Shown in pieces: positions 1 through 10,188 of a DNA stretch of 64,000 nucleotides. Position 1 is the first letter of the stretch. Every line of letters starts with the position of its first letter. Source of the stretch: Candidatus Methanomethylicia archaeon (GTDB lineage Archaea; Thermoproteota; Methanomethylicia; Culexarchaeales; Culexarchaeaceae); the NCBI GenBank assembly GCA_038727515.1, contig JAVYVS010000002.1:64001-128000 (forward strand). Direction: 5' to 3'. Made by a program: the position numbers and the translations under genes. The notes beneath the pieces were generated by a model. It searched no databases and had not been told where the DNA came from. It saw only the letters and a program-made list of their open reading frames with translations.

Positions 1-31
1 AAGAGAAGCTAATGGAGGAGGCTCATCCTAG

Positions 32-1768
32 ATGAGCCAATCCTTAAATCAATTTTTTCTAGTAACTGGTAGGACTTTGGCTCAAGGAGTATCCATGGAG
101 AGTGAAGGTAAACTTAGTGATAGGTATTCTCAAGCAGTTGCAATTTTAGAAATGAATTCAATTGATATTAGTAAACTTGGAATTATTGATAGAGCTAAAG
201 TTATTGGTGGCGGTGGAAGCGTAGTACTTCCTGTAAAGGTTAATGATAATCTCTCTCCGGGAACAGTTTTTGCTCCTCTAGGTCCATGGATAAACTTCAT
301 AATGTCTTCATCAACTGATGGAACTGGTATGCCAAGTTTAAAATCCATTAAAGTTCATATTGAAGCTACAAATGAGGATTTTACAACTTTAAGTGCATTA
401 TTAAATTTTCTTGGAGCTAAGGGGTTAGATTATTTTCCATTAGATAAACCGGTTAAAGTTGGGGAAAAGAAAGTTTTTGAAAATGTTCCATGCCCCTTCT
501 GTGGGGATTTATGTGATCATCTTAAAATTGAAGTTGATGGTGATAAGATCGTTAGGAATATTGGTGGATGTGCAATATCAATTGCAAAATTCTTGAATTA
601 TGATAGGCATAGGATTATGAAATCGTATATTAGAGATTCTGGTAGACTTATTGAAGTTGATGTGGATAAGGCTATTGATGTAGCTGCAGATATTCTTGTT
701 AAAGCTAAGTATCCATTATTTTATGGGTGGTCTAATACATGTAATGAAGCTGTGGAGTTAGGTGTTGAATTAGCTGAGATCACACGTGGAGTAATTGATA
801 ATACGAGTACAATATGTCATGGTCCCACAATTCAAGGTGCTCAAGAAGTTGGCTCCGTTAGAGCAACGTTTGGAACTGTTATACAACTTGCTGATTTAGT
901 AATTTTTTGGGGTTCAAATCCATCTCATGCACATTTAAATCACTTTACTAGATTGATAATTCGTGAAGGTAAGTATGTTAAAGGTCGTAAAAATAGGAGA
1001 GTTGTGGTTATAGATGTTAGAAAGACGCCTATAGTTGATGCATCTGATCTCTTCATAAAGATAGAACCTGGAAGAGATTTAGAACTTTTAACTGCTCTTC
1101 AAATGGCTTTAAAGAATCTTGATATTGAATCGCCCATTGTTGCTGGTGTTTCAAGAGAGAAGGTTTTGGAGTTGGCTGAATTGATGACTACTGCCAATTA
1201 TGGTGTTATATTTGCAGGTGTGGGTGTAACTATGAGTGGTGCAAAGCATAGGTTTCTACAGGAGTTAATAAAGTTTTTACAAGAATTGAATGAATGGACT
1301 AAATTCGTTATGATACCCATGAGAGGGCATTATAATGTTACTGGTTCAAATGAAACCATACTTTGGCTTACTGGATACCCATATGCAGTTGATTTCTCTA
1401 GGGGGTTTCCAAAAATGATACCGGGAGTAACTACAGCTGTTGATCTTCTCTCTAATGGTGATGTTGATGCAGCTCTCATAATTGCAAGTGACCCTGCAGC
1501 TCATTTACCGCGTAAAGCTGTTGAACATTTATCTAAGATACCAGTTATAGTTATTGATACTAAATGGTCTCTTACAACCCTTTTCGCTGATGTTATAATC
1601 CCAGCTGGGTATGTTGGTATAGAATGTGAGGGTACAGCATATAGGATGGATGGCATCCCGATAAAGATGAAGAAAATTGTTGATCTAAGTCCTAATGTAC
1701 TATCTGATATTGAAATATTACGTAGGCTTTCAAATAAGGTTAAGGAGAAGATGGGGTGGGTTTCATGA
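32..1768 (+). CDS. fwdB: Formylmethanofuran dehydrogenase subunit D-B fusion (Mo/W-bis-MGD)
   Basis: N-terminal ~115 aa are FwdD-like (LVTGRTLAQG...GPWIN...GTGMPSLKSI). These are followed by the FwdB [4Fe-4S] motif CPFCGDLCDH, metal ligand STICHGP, MRGHYNV and GTAYRMDG. Confidence 0.93.
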   Translation: MSQSLNQFFLVTGRTLAQGVSMESEGKLSDRYSQAVAILEMNSIDISKLGIIDRAKVIGGGGSVVLPVKVNDNLSPGTVFAPLGPWINFIMSSSTDGTGMPSLKSIKVHIEATNEDFTTLSALLNFLGAKGLDYFPLDKPVKVGEKKVFENVPCPFCGDLCDHLKIEVDGDKIVRNIGGCAISIAKFLNYDRHRIMKSYIRDSGRLIEVDVDKAIDVAADILVKAKYPLFYGWSNTCNEAVELGVELAEITRGVIDNTSTICHGPTIQGAQEVGSVRATFGTVIQLADLVIFWGSNPSHAHLNHFTRLIIREGKYVKGRKNRRVVVIDVRKTPIVDASDLFIKIEPGRDLELLTALQMALKNLDIESPIVAGVSREKVLELAELMTTANYGVIFAGVGVTMSGAKHRFLQELIKFLQELNEWTKFVMIPMRGHYNVTGSNETILWLTGYPYAVDFSRGFPKMIPGVTTAVDLLSNGDVDAALIIASDPAAHLPRKAVEHLSKIPVIVIDTKWSLTTLFADVIIPAGYVGIECEGTAYRMDGIPIKMKKIVDLSPNVLSDIEILRRLSNKVKEKMGWVS

Positions 1769-3486
1769 GTCAAATTCTTATAAAGAATGGTATCGTATAT
1801 GATCCACTAAATGGAATTGAAGGAGAAGAAATGATTATAGGGGTTAAGAATGGGAAGATTGTAGATCCATTGGAGATAAATGTTAATGAAGCTACGATTA
1901 TTGATGCTAAGGGTAAACTTGTACTTCCAGGTGGTATAGATATACATTCACATATTGCTGGACCAAAAGTTAATATTGGTAGGTTAATTAGGCCGGAAGA
2001 TCACTATTTAACTAATACTCCACATAAACTTCCTTATAAGAGGTCTGAAACTGGACTTACCGTACCAAATGTATTTAAATTGGGTTATGAATATGCTAGG
2101 ATGGGTTATACATTAGTTGCTGAACCCGCTACCCCACCAATAAAGACTAGGCATACACATGAGGAATTGAATGCTATTCCAATAATAGATAAAATGGCAT
2201 TTGTACTTGTTGATTCTAATTGGATCGTATTAGATTTAATTCAAGAATCTTCAAAAGATCTATTAACGGCTTTTCTGGGCTGGCTTTTATATGCTACTAA
2301 AACTTATGCTTTAAAGATTGTTGATGCCGGTTCAGATGCTTCTTGGATGATTAAGGGTGTTGGTTTAGATATTGATGATATTATTCCAGGATACAATTTA
2401 TCTCCTAAAGATATAATAGTGGCTGTTGCCGAATCTGCACAATTACTCAATATACCACATAAGGTTCATATTCATTGTAATAGACTTGGATATCCAGGTA
2501 ATTATTCCACTACTATTAAAACAATGAATTTAACCAAGGATATTGTGAAGATTTCTGAAGGCAATTTAATGCATATAACACATGTGCAATTTACGGGGTA
2601 TAAGGGTGATTCTTGGGGTTCATTGGAGAGTGGTGGAGAAGATCTAGCCAAGGAGTTAAATGCTAATCCTTACGTTACATTGGATATGGGTCAAGTGATT
2701 CCAGGTAGACCGGCTACAACTATGACTGCAGATGCTCCATTTGAATTTGTTTTATATCATCTTACACGTTGGAAATGGAGTACAACTGATACTGAAGTTG
2801 AAACGGCTTCAGGAGTAGTTCCATATAGGTATCGTAAGAAGAGTTATGTTAATACTATACAATGGGCTATTGGACTTGAAGTTGTATTATTAGCTAAGGA
2901 TTTATGGAGGGTTTTCTTAACAACTGATCATCCTAATGGTGGGCCCTTCATAGATTATCCATTGGTTATTAGTTGGCTTATGAGTAGAAAGGCTAGGGAA
3001 GAATTAATGATGAAAATGAATAAAAAGGCTTTAAAGAAGTGTGTTATACCCGCTTTGGATAGAGAGTTTACACTTAATGAAATAGTCATTATGACTAGAG
3101 CATCTCCAGCTAAATTTCTAGGTTTAGAGAAGATTAAGGGTCACTTAGGTTTAGGTGCTGATGCTGATATTGCTATATATGATATTGATCCTAGAAATAT
3201 TGATTTTAGTAGAGACTATGAAGCTGTGATTAAAGCTTTTAGAAGGGCATATATGACTATTAAGGATGGTGAAATTGTTGTTAAAAATGGTGAAATTGTT
3301 AAAACTACTTATGGTAGAACTTTCTATGTGAATCCTGAAATCCCTGAAGATCTTGCTAAATTACTATATGAAAGATTGAAATCTTCATTTAAGAGTTATT
3401 ACTCTATAGCTTTAGAAAACTTCATAATAGATAAACATGAATTGAAAAATCCATTTGAAATACCAATTAAAACGAATTTGAGGTGA
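1765..3486 (+). CDS. fwdA: Formylmethanofuran dehydrogenase subunit A (amidohydrolase)
   Basis: GGIDIHSHIAG, HIHCNRLG, HITHVQF, TTDHPNGGPF and GADADIAIY motifs; ATG overlaps the fwdB stop. Confidence 0.96.
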   Translation: MSQILIKNGIVYDPLNGIEGEEMIIGVKNGKIVDPLEINVNEATIIDAKGKLVLPGGIDIHSHIAGPKVNIGRLIRPEDHYLTNTPHKLPYKRSETGLTVPNVFKLGYEYARMGYTLVAEPATPPIKTRHTHEELNAIPIIDKMAFVLVDSNWIVLDLIQESSKDLLTAFLGWLLYATKTYALKIVDAGSDASWMIKGVGLDIDDIIPGYNLSPKDIIVAVAESAQLLNIPHKVHIHCNRLGYPGNYSTTIKTMNLTKDIVKISEGNLMHITHVQFTGYKGDSWGSLESGGEDLAKELNANPYVTLDMGQVIPGRPATTMTADAPFEFVLYHLTRWKWSTTDTEVETASGVVPYRYRKKSYVNTIQWAIGLEVVLLAKDLWRVFLTTDHPNGGPFIDYPLVISWLMSRKAREELMMKMNKKALKKCVIPALDREFTLNEIVIMTRASPAKFLGLEKIKGHLGLGADADIAIYDIDPRNIDFSRDYEAVIKAFRRAYMTIKDGEIVVKNGEIVKTTYGRTFYVNPEIPEDLAKLLYERLKSSFKSYYSIALENFIIDKHELKNPFEIPIKTNLR

Positions 3487-3490
3487 TATC

Positions 3491-4360
3491 ATGAGTATCA
3501 CATATAGATTGAAATTAAAGGATAAATTTATTGTTCCAATAGATGCAAGAAGTATTTCCCCAGATAATTTTGTTGGTAAGAGTTTAGAGGATATTAAGAA
3601 GATTAGTATTTTTGAAGGTGGTAGAGAATCTACTATTGAAGATATATTTGATGTTGAAGGACCTAGCTTTTCATCGAAGGAAGCATTGAATAATGTGGAG
3701 ATAATCATTGAAGGAGCTTCTACGGGTAAATTGAGATATCTAGGTTATAAGATGAGTGGTGGGAAGATTATTGTTAAAGGTGATGCAGGTCATTTCATTG
3801 GTTATAGGATGAGTAATGGTGTAATAATTGTTGAAGGTAGAGCAGGCAGTTATGTTGGTTCAAAGATGAAGGGTGGAAGCATAGAGATCTTTAAGGATTG
3901 TGGTGATTGTATTGGTGGGAAGCTTCCAGGTGAAAAACCTGGTAAGGGTATGTCTGGTGGATCTATAATTGTACATGGAAACGCAGGTTCACAAGTTGGT
4001 GTTGGCATGAAGGGTGGTAGGATATTGATTGATGGTAATTCTGGAATGCTCTGTGGATCGTATATGATGGGTGGAACAATAATCGTAAAAATGAGGTGTG
4101 GGCTTTATCCTGGGGCTAGAATGACTGCTGGGAGGATTATAGTTGGTGGAGTTGTTGAAGGTATACTACCAAGCTTTTATGTGGATTCAATAATTCCATC
4201 AATTAAAGTTAGGGAGGTAGTATTCAATAAGCCTTTCATGATATTTCTTGGGGATGTTTTAGTTGGTGGGAGAGGAACACTAAATATATCTCTAGAAGAT
4301 AATAAATTATTGATTGAACCATATAAAGAGCTTTTAGAGGAGGTTTTTGAAATTGAGTAA
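3491..4360 (+). CDS. fwdC: Formylmethanofuran dehydrogenase subunit C
   Basis: GxxMxGGxIxxxG beta-helix repeats, N-terminal ISPD and DIFDVEG; follows fwdA. Confidence 0.95.
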   Translation: MSITYRLKLKDKFIVPIDARSISPDNFVGKSLEDIKKISIFEGGRESTIEDIFDVEGPSFSSKEALNNVEIIIEGASTGKLRYLGYKMSGGKIIVKGDAGHFIGYRMSNGVIIVEGRAGSYVGSKMKGGSIEIFKDCGDCIGGKLPGEKPGKGMSGGSIIVHGNAGSQVGVGMKGGRILIDGNSGMLCGSYMMGGTIIVKMRCGLYPGARMTAGRIIVGGVVEGILPSFYVDSIIPSIKVREVVFNKPFMIFLGDVLVGGRGTLNISLEDNKLLIEPYKELLEEVFEIE

Positions 4361-5309
4361 ACCTATGAATAAACTGGCTGTGAATATAGTTGTAGACGCC
4401 ATTGGAAGGGAGAAAGAACTTCAAATAGCTTCATATAAGGTTGCTGGTGCAACTATCGTTGATATGGGTTTAAAGACTCCAGGTGGATGGGATGCTGGAT
4501 TAATATTGTCTAAGATCTGCCTTGGCGGATTAGGTGAAGTTAAATTAACGAGTTTTAATATTGATGGTATAATTCTTCCAGCGGTTATGGTTTATACTGA
4601 TTATCCTGTGGAATCATGTATGGCTTCACAATTAGCTGGTTGGAGGATAAAGGTTGGCGACTTTTTTGCTAATGCTAGTGGTCCTGCTAGAGCTCTTGCT
4701 AGGAAACCTAAGAAATTATATGAAGAATTGGGTTATTCAGAGGTTTGTGATGAAGCTGTTTTAGTTCTCGAAACTGAAATGTATCCAAATGAAGATGTAG
4801 TTAAATTTGTAAGTGAATCTACAGGTGTAAAACCTGATAACCTCTATTTGGTTATTGCTTCTTCAAGTAGTATTGCTGGATCTATACAGATAAGTGCAAG
4901 AATCGTTGAAACTGGTTTACATAAGTTTCATACGTTGGGCTTTAATATAAAGAGTATAAAGTATGGTTTTGGTATATGCCCAATAGCTCCATTACATCCA
5001 AATCCAATGGTTATGTTGGGTAAAACTAATGATATGCTATTATATGGAGGTTCAACATTCTATATGGTGGATTTTGATGATGATAATAAGCTTAAGGAAT
5101 TTGTTGAGAAATCTCCAAGTTCAACTTCAAGGGATTATGGTAAATCTTTCACAGAATTGGTTCTACAAGTTGGAGTAGACTTCCTATATAAACTTGATCC
5201 AAGCGTATTTGCACCAGCAGTAGTTGTGGTTAATAATATTAAAACTGGGTCTACATTTAAATCTGGTTTTATAAACTATGAAATTTTAAGGAAAGCTATT
5301 GGATTATAA
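4347..5309 (+). CDS. mch: Methenyltetrahydromethanopterin cyclohydrolase
   Basis: ICLGGLG, CMASQLAGW, SGPARALA, QISARIVETG, MLGKTND, KLDPSVFAPA. Confidence 0.96.
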   Translation: MKLSKPMNKLAVNIVVDAIGREKELQIASYKVAGATIVDMGLKTPGGWDAGLILSKICLGGLGEVKLTSFNIDGIILPAVMVYTDYPVESCMASQLAGWRIKVGDFFANASGPARALARKPKKLYEELGYSEVCDEAVLVLETEMYPNEDVVKFVSESTGVKPDNLYLVIASSSSIAGSIQISARIVETGLHKFHTLGFNIKSIKYGFGICPIAPLHPNPMVMLGKTNDMLLYGGSTFYMVDFDDDNKLKEFVEKSPSSTSRDYGKSFTELVLQVGVDFLYKLDPSVFAPAVVVVNNIKTGSTFKSGFINYEILRKAIGL

Positions 5310-5318
5310 TACAACCTC

Positions 5319-6218
5319 TCATTTTTTTGCTTTTTCAATAACATATTTAGCTATTTCCATGGCTATATCCACATTTGTAACACTTTGTAAACCTCTCCAT
5401 CCAGGTTGACTATTTACTTCAAGAATGTATGGGGAATTATCTATTACAACTATATCTACACCAGCAATATCACATCCAAGGATTTCAGTTGATTTTAATG
5501 CTATTTCTTCAATTTTTGGATCTAGTTTTTCTATTAATTGTGGTGTGGCTCCTTGAGCTATATTAGTTTTCCATGCTTGTGGAGGCCCCCTTCTATACAT
5601 TGCTGATATTATTTCCCCTCCAATTATAAATGCTCTTATATCCGTTCCTCCATGTGGTAGGAATTCTTGCATATATATTGTATGGCCAGTAAATGTTAGT
5701 GATCTTACAATCTCCCAGAGTACATCTCTATCTCTAAGCCTAATTCTAGTGCTTCCATGACCTCTAGATCCAAACATCGGTTTTATAACTATATGTTGAC
5801 TTCCAAGTAGATCTACATTTTTTAAGGCTATACTAGATTTCTCTGTGACTATGGTTTTTGGAACTGGTATACCATGAATTTTAAGTGTATATAATGCTCT
5901 AAATTTATCCACACATTTTTCAATTGTTGATGGTTTATTAAATATTGGAATCCCTAATTCTTGTAATGCATATAATAGATCTATTCTGAATATTGCTTGA
6001 TCTAAACTAACCCTCCCAAATGGTCTAACTATAATTGCTGATAATTCTTTAACTATATTTACATCCCCAACATGCACCTTGATATCTTCTCTATCCATGT
6101 ATGCCATCATATCTTTAAATTTAAATGGTAGGGGTTTATGTCCAAGTTTCTCTATAGCTCTTATTATGTTATATGATGACCAACTATTTGGATTTCTAGT
6201 TATTATTCCGATAATCAT
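5319..6218 (-). CDS. RimK-family ATP-grasp ligase, probably tetrahydromethanopterin:alpha-L-glutamate ligase (MptN-like)
   Basis: KPMFGSRGHG, QEFL, DIRAFIIG, WKTNIAQG, EVNSQPGWRGL; adjacent to mch. Confidence 0.85.
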   Translation of the reverse strand: MIIGIITRNPNSWSSYNIIRAIEKLGHKPLPFKFKDMMAYMDREDIKVHVGDVNIVKELSAIIVRPFGRVSLDQAIFRIDLLYALQELGIPIFNKPSTIEKCVDKFRALYTLKIHGIPVPKTIVTEKSSIALKNVDLLGSQHIVIKPMFGSRGHGSTRIRLRDRDVLWEIVRSLTFTGHTIYMQEFLPHGGTDIRAFIIGGEIISAMYRRGPPQAWKTNIAQGATPQLIEKLDPKIEEIALKSTEILGCDIAGVDIVVIDNSPYILEVNSQPGWRGLQSVTNVDIAMEIAKYVIEKAKK

Positions 6219-6336
6219 TATTTTCGCCTTTCCCTGAAAATTTATTTATCAAACTTAAATATATACCATTTATAACGATTGCCTATGAATAAGGTTTTAG
6301 TAATAAATCGAATTTAAGTTTTGAAGGTGTATATTT

Positions 6337-7431
6337 ATGTATAGAGGGTTTAGAGATAGAGATTTCATAGAATCTGTTGATGGTTTAATTTTCTGCGTTA
6401 TTGGAAATATTCATCCTAAAAACCGTATTCTAGCGTATTTAAAGTATGTACCACATATGGAATCTAAAATAAGGGTTAAATGGTCTAAGAATGGGGTTTT
6501 GTATGGTAGAATACTTCCATATTATAGTGCTATGGGCGTTAAGGAAACTATGAGCTTTCTAAGGGGGAATTATCCTCAATATATTACCTATGATGTTTAT
6601 AGATCCATAGAGTTAATAGAGGTTCCATATGATAAAGTTAAAGTCCACTATAAACCGGAAGAGAGATTTAGAGAATTGTTTATTTCACCTAAGGATTATA
6701 TGGAGGAATTAGCTAAAGAAATTGTTGTTAGAATTTCAGATGAATCTAATGTAGATTTAGATTATTTCGGTATAACTGGTTCAATACTTCTAGGTATACA
6801 TAATCCATTGTATTCAGATGTTGACGTAATAGTTTATGGATATCAGCATGCAATTAGAGTTAGAGAAACTTTAAAGAAGCTTTATTGTGAAGAAGAGGAT
6901 TTCTCGCTTCCTAAGGGGGAGATTCTTAAAGCTTGGGCAAATGATATTATTAAAATTCACCCTTCATTAAAGTTTGAGGAAGCTTTACTTCTTTATAGCA
7001 AGTATAAGTGGAATAGAGCTTTATATAAAGGTAGGCAATTCTCTATACATCCAGTTAAACTTGAATATGAAGTTGAAGATTCTTGGGAGAATAAAATTTG
7101 TAAACCCCTCGGTATTGCAAAGATTAAAGCAAAGGTTGTAGATGCAAAAGACTCCATATTTATGCCAGCTACATACATTATTGATAATGTTGAAGTTATT
7201 GAAGGATTTATAACTTCTAAACCCATTATAAAGGTTTTAAGTTATGAGGGATTGTATATGGATTTAGCTAGTGTAGGTGATGAAATCATTGTTAAGGGTA
7301 AATTAGAAGAAGTTACTGAAGTTGATAGTGGTAAAGAGTATTGCCAAATTGTTATTGGAAGTTTTGAAGCATCCGGGTTAGATTATTTAAAACCAATTAA
7401 ATGGTTTCATCATCTTCAAAATGTTTCATAA
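6337..7431 (+). CDS. Predicted nucleotidyltransferase (COG1665-like)
   Basis: FRDRDFIE...IFCVIGNIHP...AYLKY N-terminus; GITGSILLG...SDVDVIVYG Pol-beta motif. Confidence 0.8.
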   Translation: MYRGFRDRDFIESVDGLIFCVIGNIHPKNRILAYLKYVPHMESKIRVKWSKNGVLYGRILPYYSAMGVKETMSFLRGNYPQYITYDVYRSIELIEVPYDKVKVHYKPEERFRELFISPKDYMEELAKEIVVRISDESNVDLDYFGITGSILLGIHNPLYSDVDVIVYGYQHAIRVRETLKKLYCEEEDFSLPKGEILKAWANDIIKIHPSLKFEEALLLYSKYKWNRALYKGRQFSIHPVKLEYEVEDSWENKICKPLGIAKIKAKVVDAKDSIFMPATYIIDNVEVIEGFITSKPIIKVLSYEGLYMDLASVGDEIIVKGKLEEVTEVDSGKEYCQIVIGSFEASGLDYLKPIKWFHHLQNVS

Positions 7432-8047
7432 TATTTAATGCCTTCATAAGGTCTTCTAAAGTATTTATATTGAAAAATTCTTTTTCAGGATTTGATGATA
7501 ATCTATATACGTCTACATAATTAACATTTAACATCTTTAAAATCGATTGAACTCTCTTCTCATTTAAAGATAAGACTTTATCTAATGCTTTTAGTAGTGG
7601 TTCTTTAAGATATATGGCTGTCAATGGCTCTAAAAACCCATTTGGCCATATAGGTACAACTGCTTCATAACCATCATCTAAATATTTCATCATAATCATA
7701 TGGATATTTGAATTTATGAATGGTGTGTCTGATGGTAATACGGCTATGGTATTGAAATTGGAATTTAAAACTCCAGTATAAATTGCCGCTAAAGGGCCTT
7801 CTGTTAATGGTGAATCAAATACGTATCTAATTTTTCTTGTAATATCAGTATTTAAAATCTTTAAATCCTCCTCTAGTACCTCCTTTTGCCATTTTTCACG
7901 TACTACTATTAGTATCTCATTATACTTGTCAATAAATTTCTTAAGGATAATCCTTATAATCGATTCTCCATTTAGTTTGATAAGTGGTTTAAATACCTTT
8001 ATTCTCTCTCCACTACCACCAGCTAAAATAATTAAGGAGATATTCAT
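7397..8047 (-). CDS. mobA: Molybdenum cofactor guanylyltransferase
   Basis: ILAGGSGER, GPLAAI, PSDTPFI, EPLTAIY, FFNINTLED. Confidence 0.9.
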   Translation of the reverse strand: MNISLIILAGGSGERIKVFKPLIKLNGESIIRIILKKFIDKYNEILIVVREKWQKEVLEEDLKILNTDITRKIRYVFDSPLTEGPLAAIYTGVLNSNFNTIAVLPSDTPFINSNIHMIMMKYLDDGYEAVVPIWPNGFLEPLTAIYLKEPLLKALDKVLSLNEKRVQSILKMLNVNYVDVYRLSSNPEKEFFNINTLEDLMKALNIMKHFEDDETI

Positions 8048-8078
8048 GAATCCTTCAAACCTTAAATTAAATGTTTAT

Positions 8079-9077
8079 TTAAGTAGTTTTTCTAAAGTGT
8101 GGTATTACTTCTGAGGCAATTAATTCTAATGCCATCTTCCTATCTTTACCTATTGGTGATCCAAATACTATTTGTGTAACTCCCTTTTTAACAAGTTTAT
8201 CCAGCATTTCAACACATTCTTGTGGTGTTCCAGATATGGAAAATGCATTTATCATATCTTCCGTTACCGCTGCTGCAGCATCTTTAAATTTCCCTTTAGA
8301 TAAATGATCCCGTATAACATTTACCTTTTCCATTTCAATACCATGTCTCTTTAAAACTTCATCTCCAGCTCCAGCAACTATAAAAGCTACAACTGGTCTC
8401 ACAGTTTTCTTAGCTACGTTAATATCTTTATCTATTGAAAAACTTGTACAAGCAACAATATCTATCTTACTAAGTCTATCTTTAGCTGAATCTTTAATTA
8501 TCTTCATAGCATAATCATAGTCTTTTGGATGTGATGCATTTATTAATATTCCATCACCAATTGATGATGCTAAAGCAAGCATCTTTGGACCTTGTGCACC
8601 TACATAAATTGGGATATCGTGAACTGGTTTGTATGTTAATGATGCTCCTTTACTCTTAATTATCTCTCCATCAAAATTAACAACTTCCCCCTTTAAAAGA
8701 CGTCTAATAACTTCTACACTTTCCTTTACAGCTATTAATGGTTTCTTCCATTCAATAGCCATTTTATCTAATGTTGCTTTATCTCCAGCTCCTATTCCCA
8801 GCATAGCTCTTCCACCAGAAACTTCATCTATGGAGGCTATAGCTGAAGCGATCCATAAGGGATTTGTTACATATGGGTTGACTACACCAGTTCCAAGCTT
8901 AACATTTCTAGTGTTTAAAGCTATTGATGTTAATGTTACATAGATATTCCTATTGTTATAGTGATCTGTAACCCATATTACATCAAAACCAAGATTATCT
9001 GCATGTTTCGATAATTCAGTTATATCAGATATTGGAGTTACTGGAAGAAGTTCTAAACCAAATTTTACATAACCCAT
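8079..9077 (-). CDS. mer: F420-dependent methylene-H4MPT reductase
   Basis: KFGLELLP, WVTDHYNNRN, GIGAGD, IYVGAQGPKML, LINASHP, VFGSPIG. Confidence 0.94.
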   Translation of the reverse strand: MGYVKFGLELLPVTPISDITELSKHADNLGFDVIWVTDHYNNRNIYVTLTSIALNTRNVKLGTGVVNPYVTNPLWIASAIASIDEVSGGRAMLGIGAGDKATLDKMAIEWKKPLIAVKESVEVIRRLLKGEVVNFDGEIIKSKGASLTYKPVHDIPIYVGAQGPKMLALASSIGDGILINASHPKDYDYAMKIIKDSAKDRLSKIDIVACTSFSIDKDINVAKKTVRPVVAFIVAGAGDEVLKRHGIEMEKVNVIRDHLSKGKFKDAAAAVTEDMINAFSISGTPQECVEMLDKLVKKGVTQIVFGSPIGKDRKMALELIASEVIPHFRKTT

Positions 9078-9276
9078 TTAGACACCAATATAAAATGTTA
9101 GGTATTATTGTTTAAAACTTTTATCATCAGTTAATTGACATAGTATATTAATTTTTAATTATATTGGTTTACTTAATAACGATGAAAATGATTTAATAAA
9201 TTAATTTAATCTTTTACAATTCATCTCACAGATTATTTTGATTACTAATTATATCAAGTATTATTTAGAATGTTAC

Positions 9277-10128
9277 CTATTTTACTATTGTTAATTGCTT
9301 TAGTGAACCTAGGAATGTTCCATCTAATAGGTATATTTCCGCTTCATCAATATTTATACTCCCAGACCTTAATACTGGTCCTATAAAATCTTTTAAAGCT
9401 TCATCTTTTGCAATTGAAATCTTATTTATTGCTCTACCACCTAGGAAGTTATTGAAAGATGGCATTATAATTAAGTTTTCCACCCTTGGTTCAATTGAGA
9501 ATTCCCTTATTAAGAAATCCTTTACATTAATGTCATTACTTGCTTTAATTTTATATTTTTTGAGTATTGATCTCGCTAGAATTTCAATATTACATGGAGC
9601 TTTAACCCATACTTGACTTGTTATTCTATACCCCATGTGATCTCTAAAGGTTATTGTTGGATGTACATGTCCTATAATCATGGTTCTACAACTTAGAATT
9701 CTTATATCTGGCCACGTATGTCCATGAAATAATCCTACATCCCCAATTATAATACCTTGTTGTTTTTCTAGTTTTATCCCATTTGGTATTAGTATGCTTA
9801 GATCGCCATCATGATTTCCAGGTACAATTATCACTTCTTCCACTAATCTTTTTACTTCTTCTAGAAATAATGGTATTTCACGCCATTCTTCTAAACTTAT
9901 TTTTTCCACTGTATGTTTTAGGTCTCCTAGAATTATTAAACTATTTATGTTTTCAAGTGATATTAAATCTTTGAGTTTTTTTAGAAGTTTATTTGTTTGT
10001 GATGGTATATGAATTCCATCTTCAGCTAAAGATGCTTCCCATCCTAAATGTACATCTGAAATTACTAGTGATCTCTTATTGTTTACATCTATTATTAGAG
10101 CTGCATATGGACTTACAGGTCTAATCAA
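9277..10128 (-). CDS. Metallophosphoesterase (ICC-like, COG1407)
   Basis: SDVHLG, GDLKH, GNHD, HGH, GHVHP, MPSFN motifs. Confidence 0.88.
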   Translation of the reverse strand: MIRPVSPYAALIIDVNNKRSLVISDVHLGWEASLAEDGIHIPSQTNKLLKKLKDLISLENINSLIILGDLKHTVEKISLEEWREIPLFLEEVKRLVEEVIIVPGNHDGDLSILIPNGIKLEKQQGIIIGDVGLFHGHTWPDIRILSCRTMIIGHVHPTITFRDHMGYRITSQVWVKAPCNIEILARSILKKYKIKASNDINVKDFLIREFSIEPRVENLIIMPSFNNFLGGRAINKISIAKDEALKDFIGPVLRSGSINIDEAEIYLLDGTFLGSLKQLTIVK

Positions 10129-10188
10129 TTCTTACACCGAGAAATCAATGCTTAATATTCAAATTTACGCTTAAACCTTTATTCTTTA

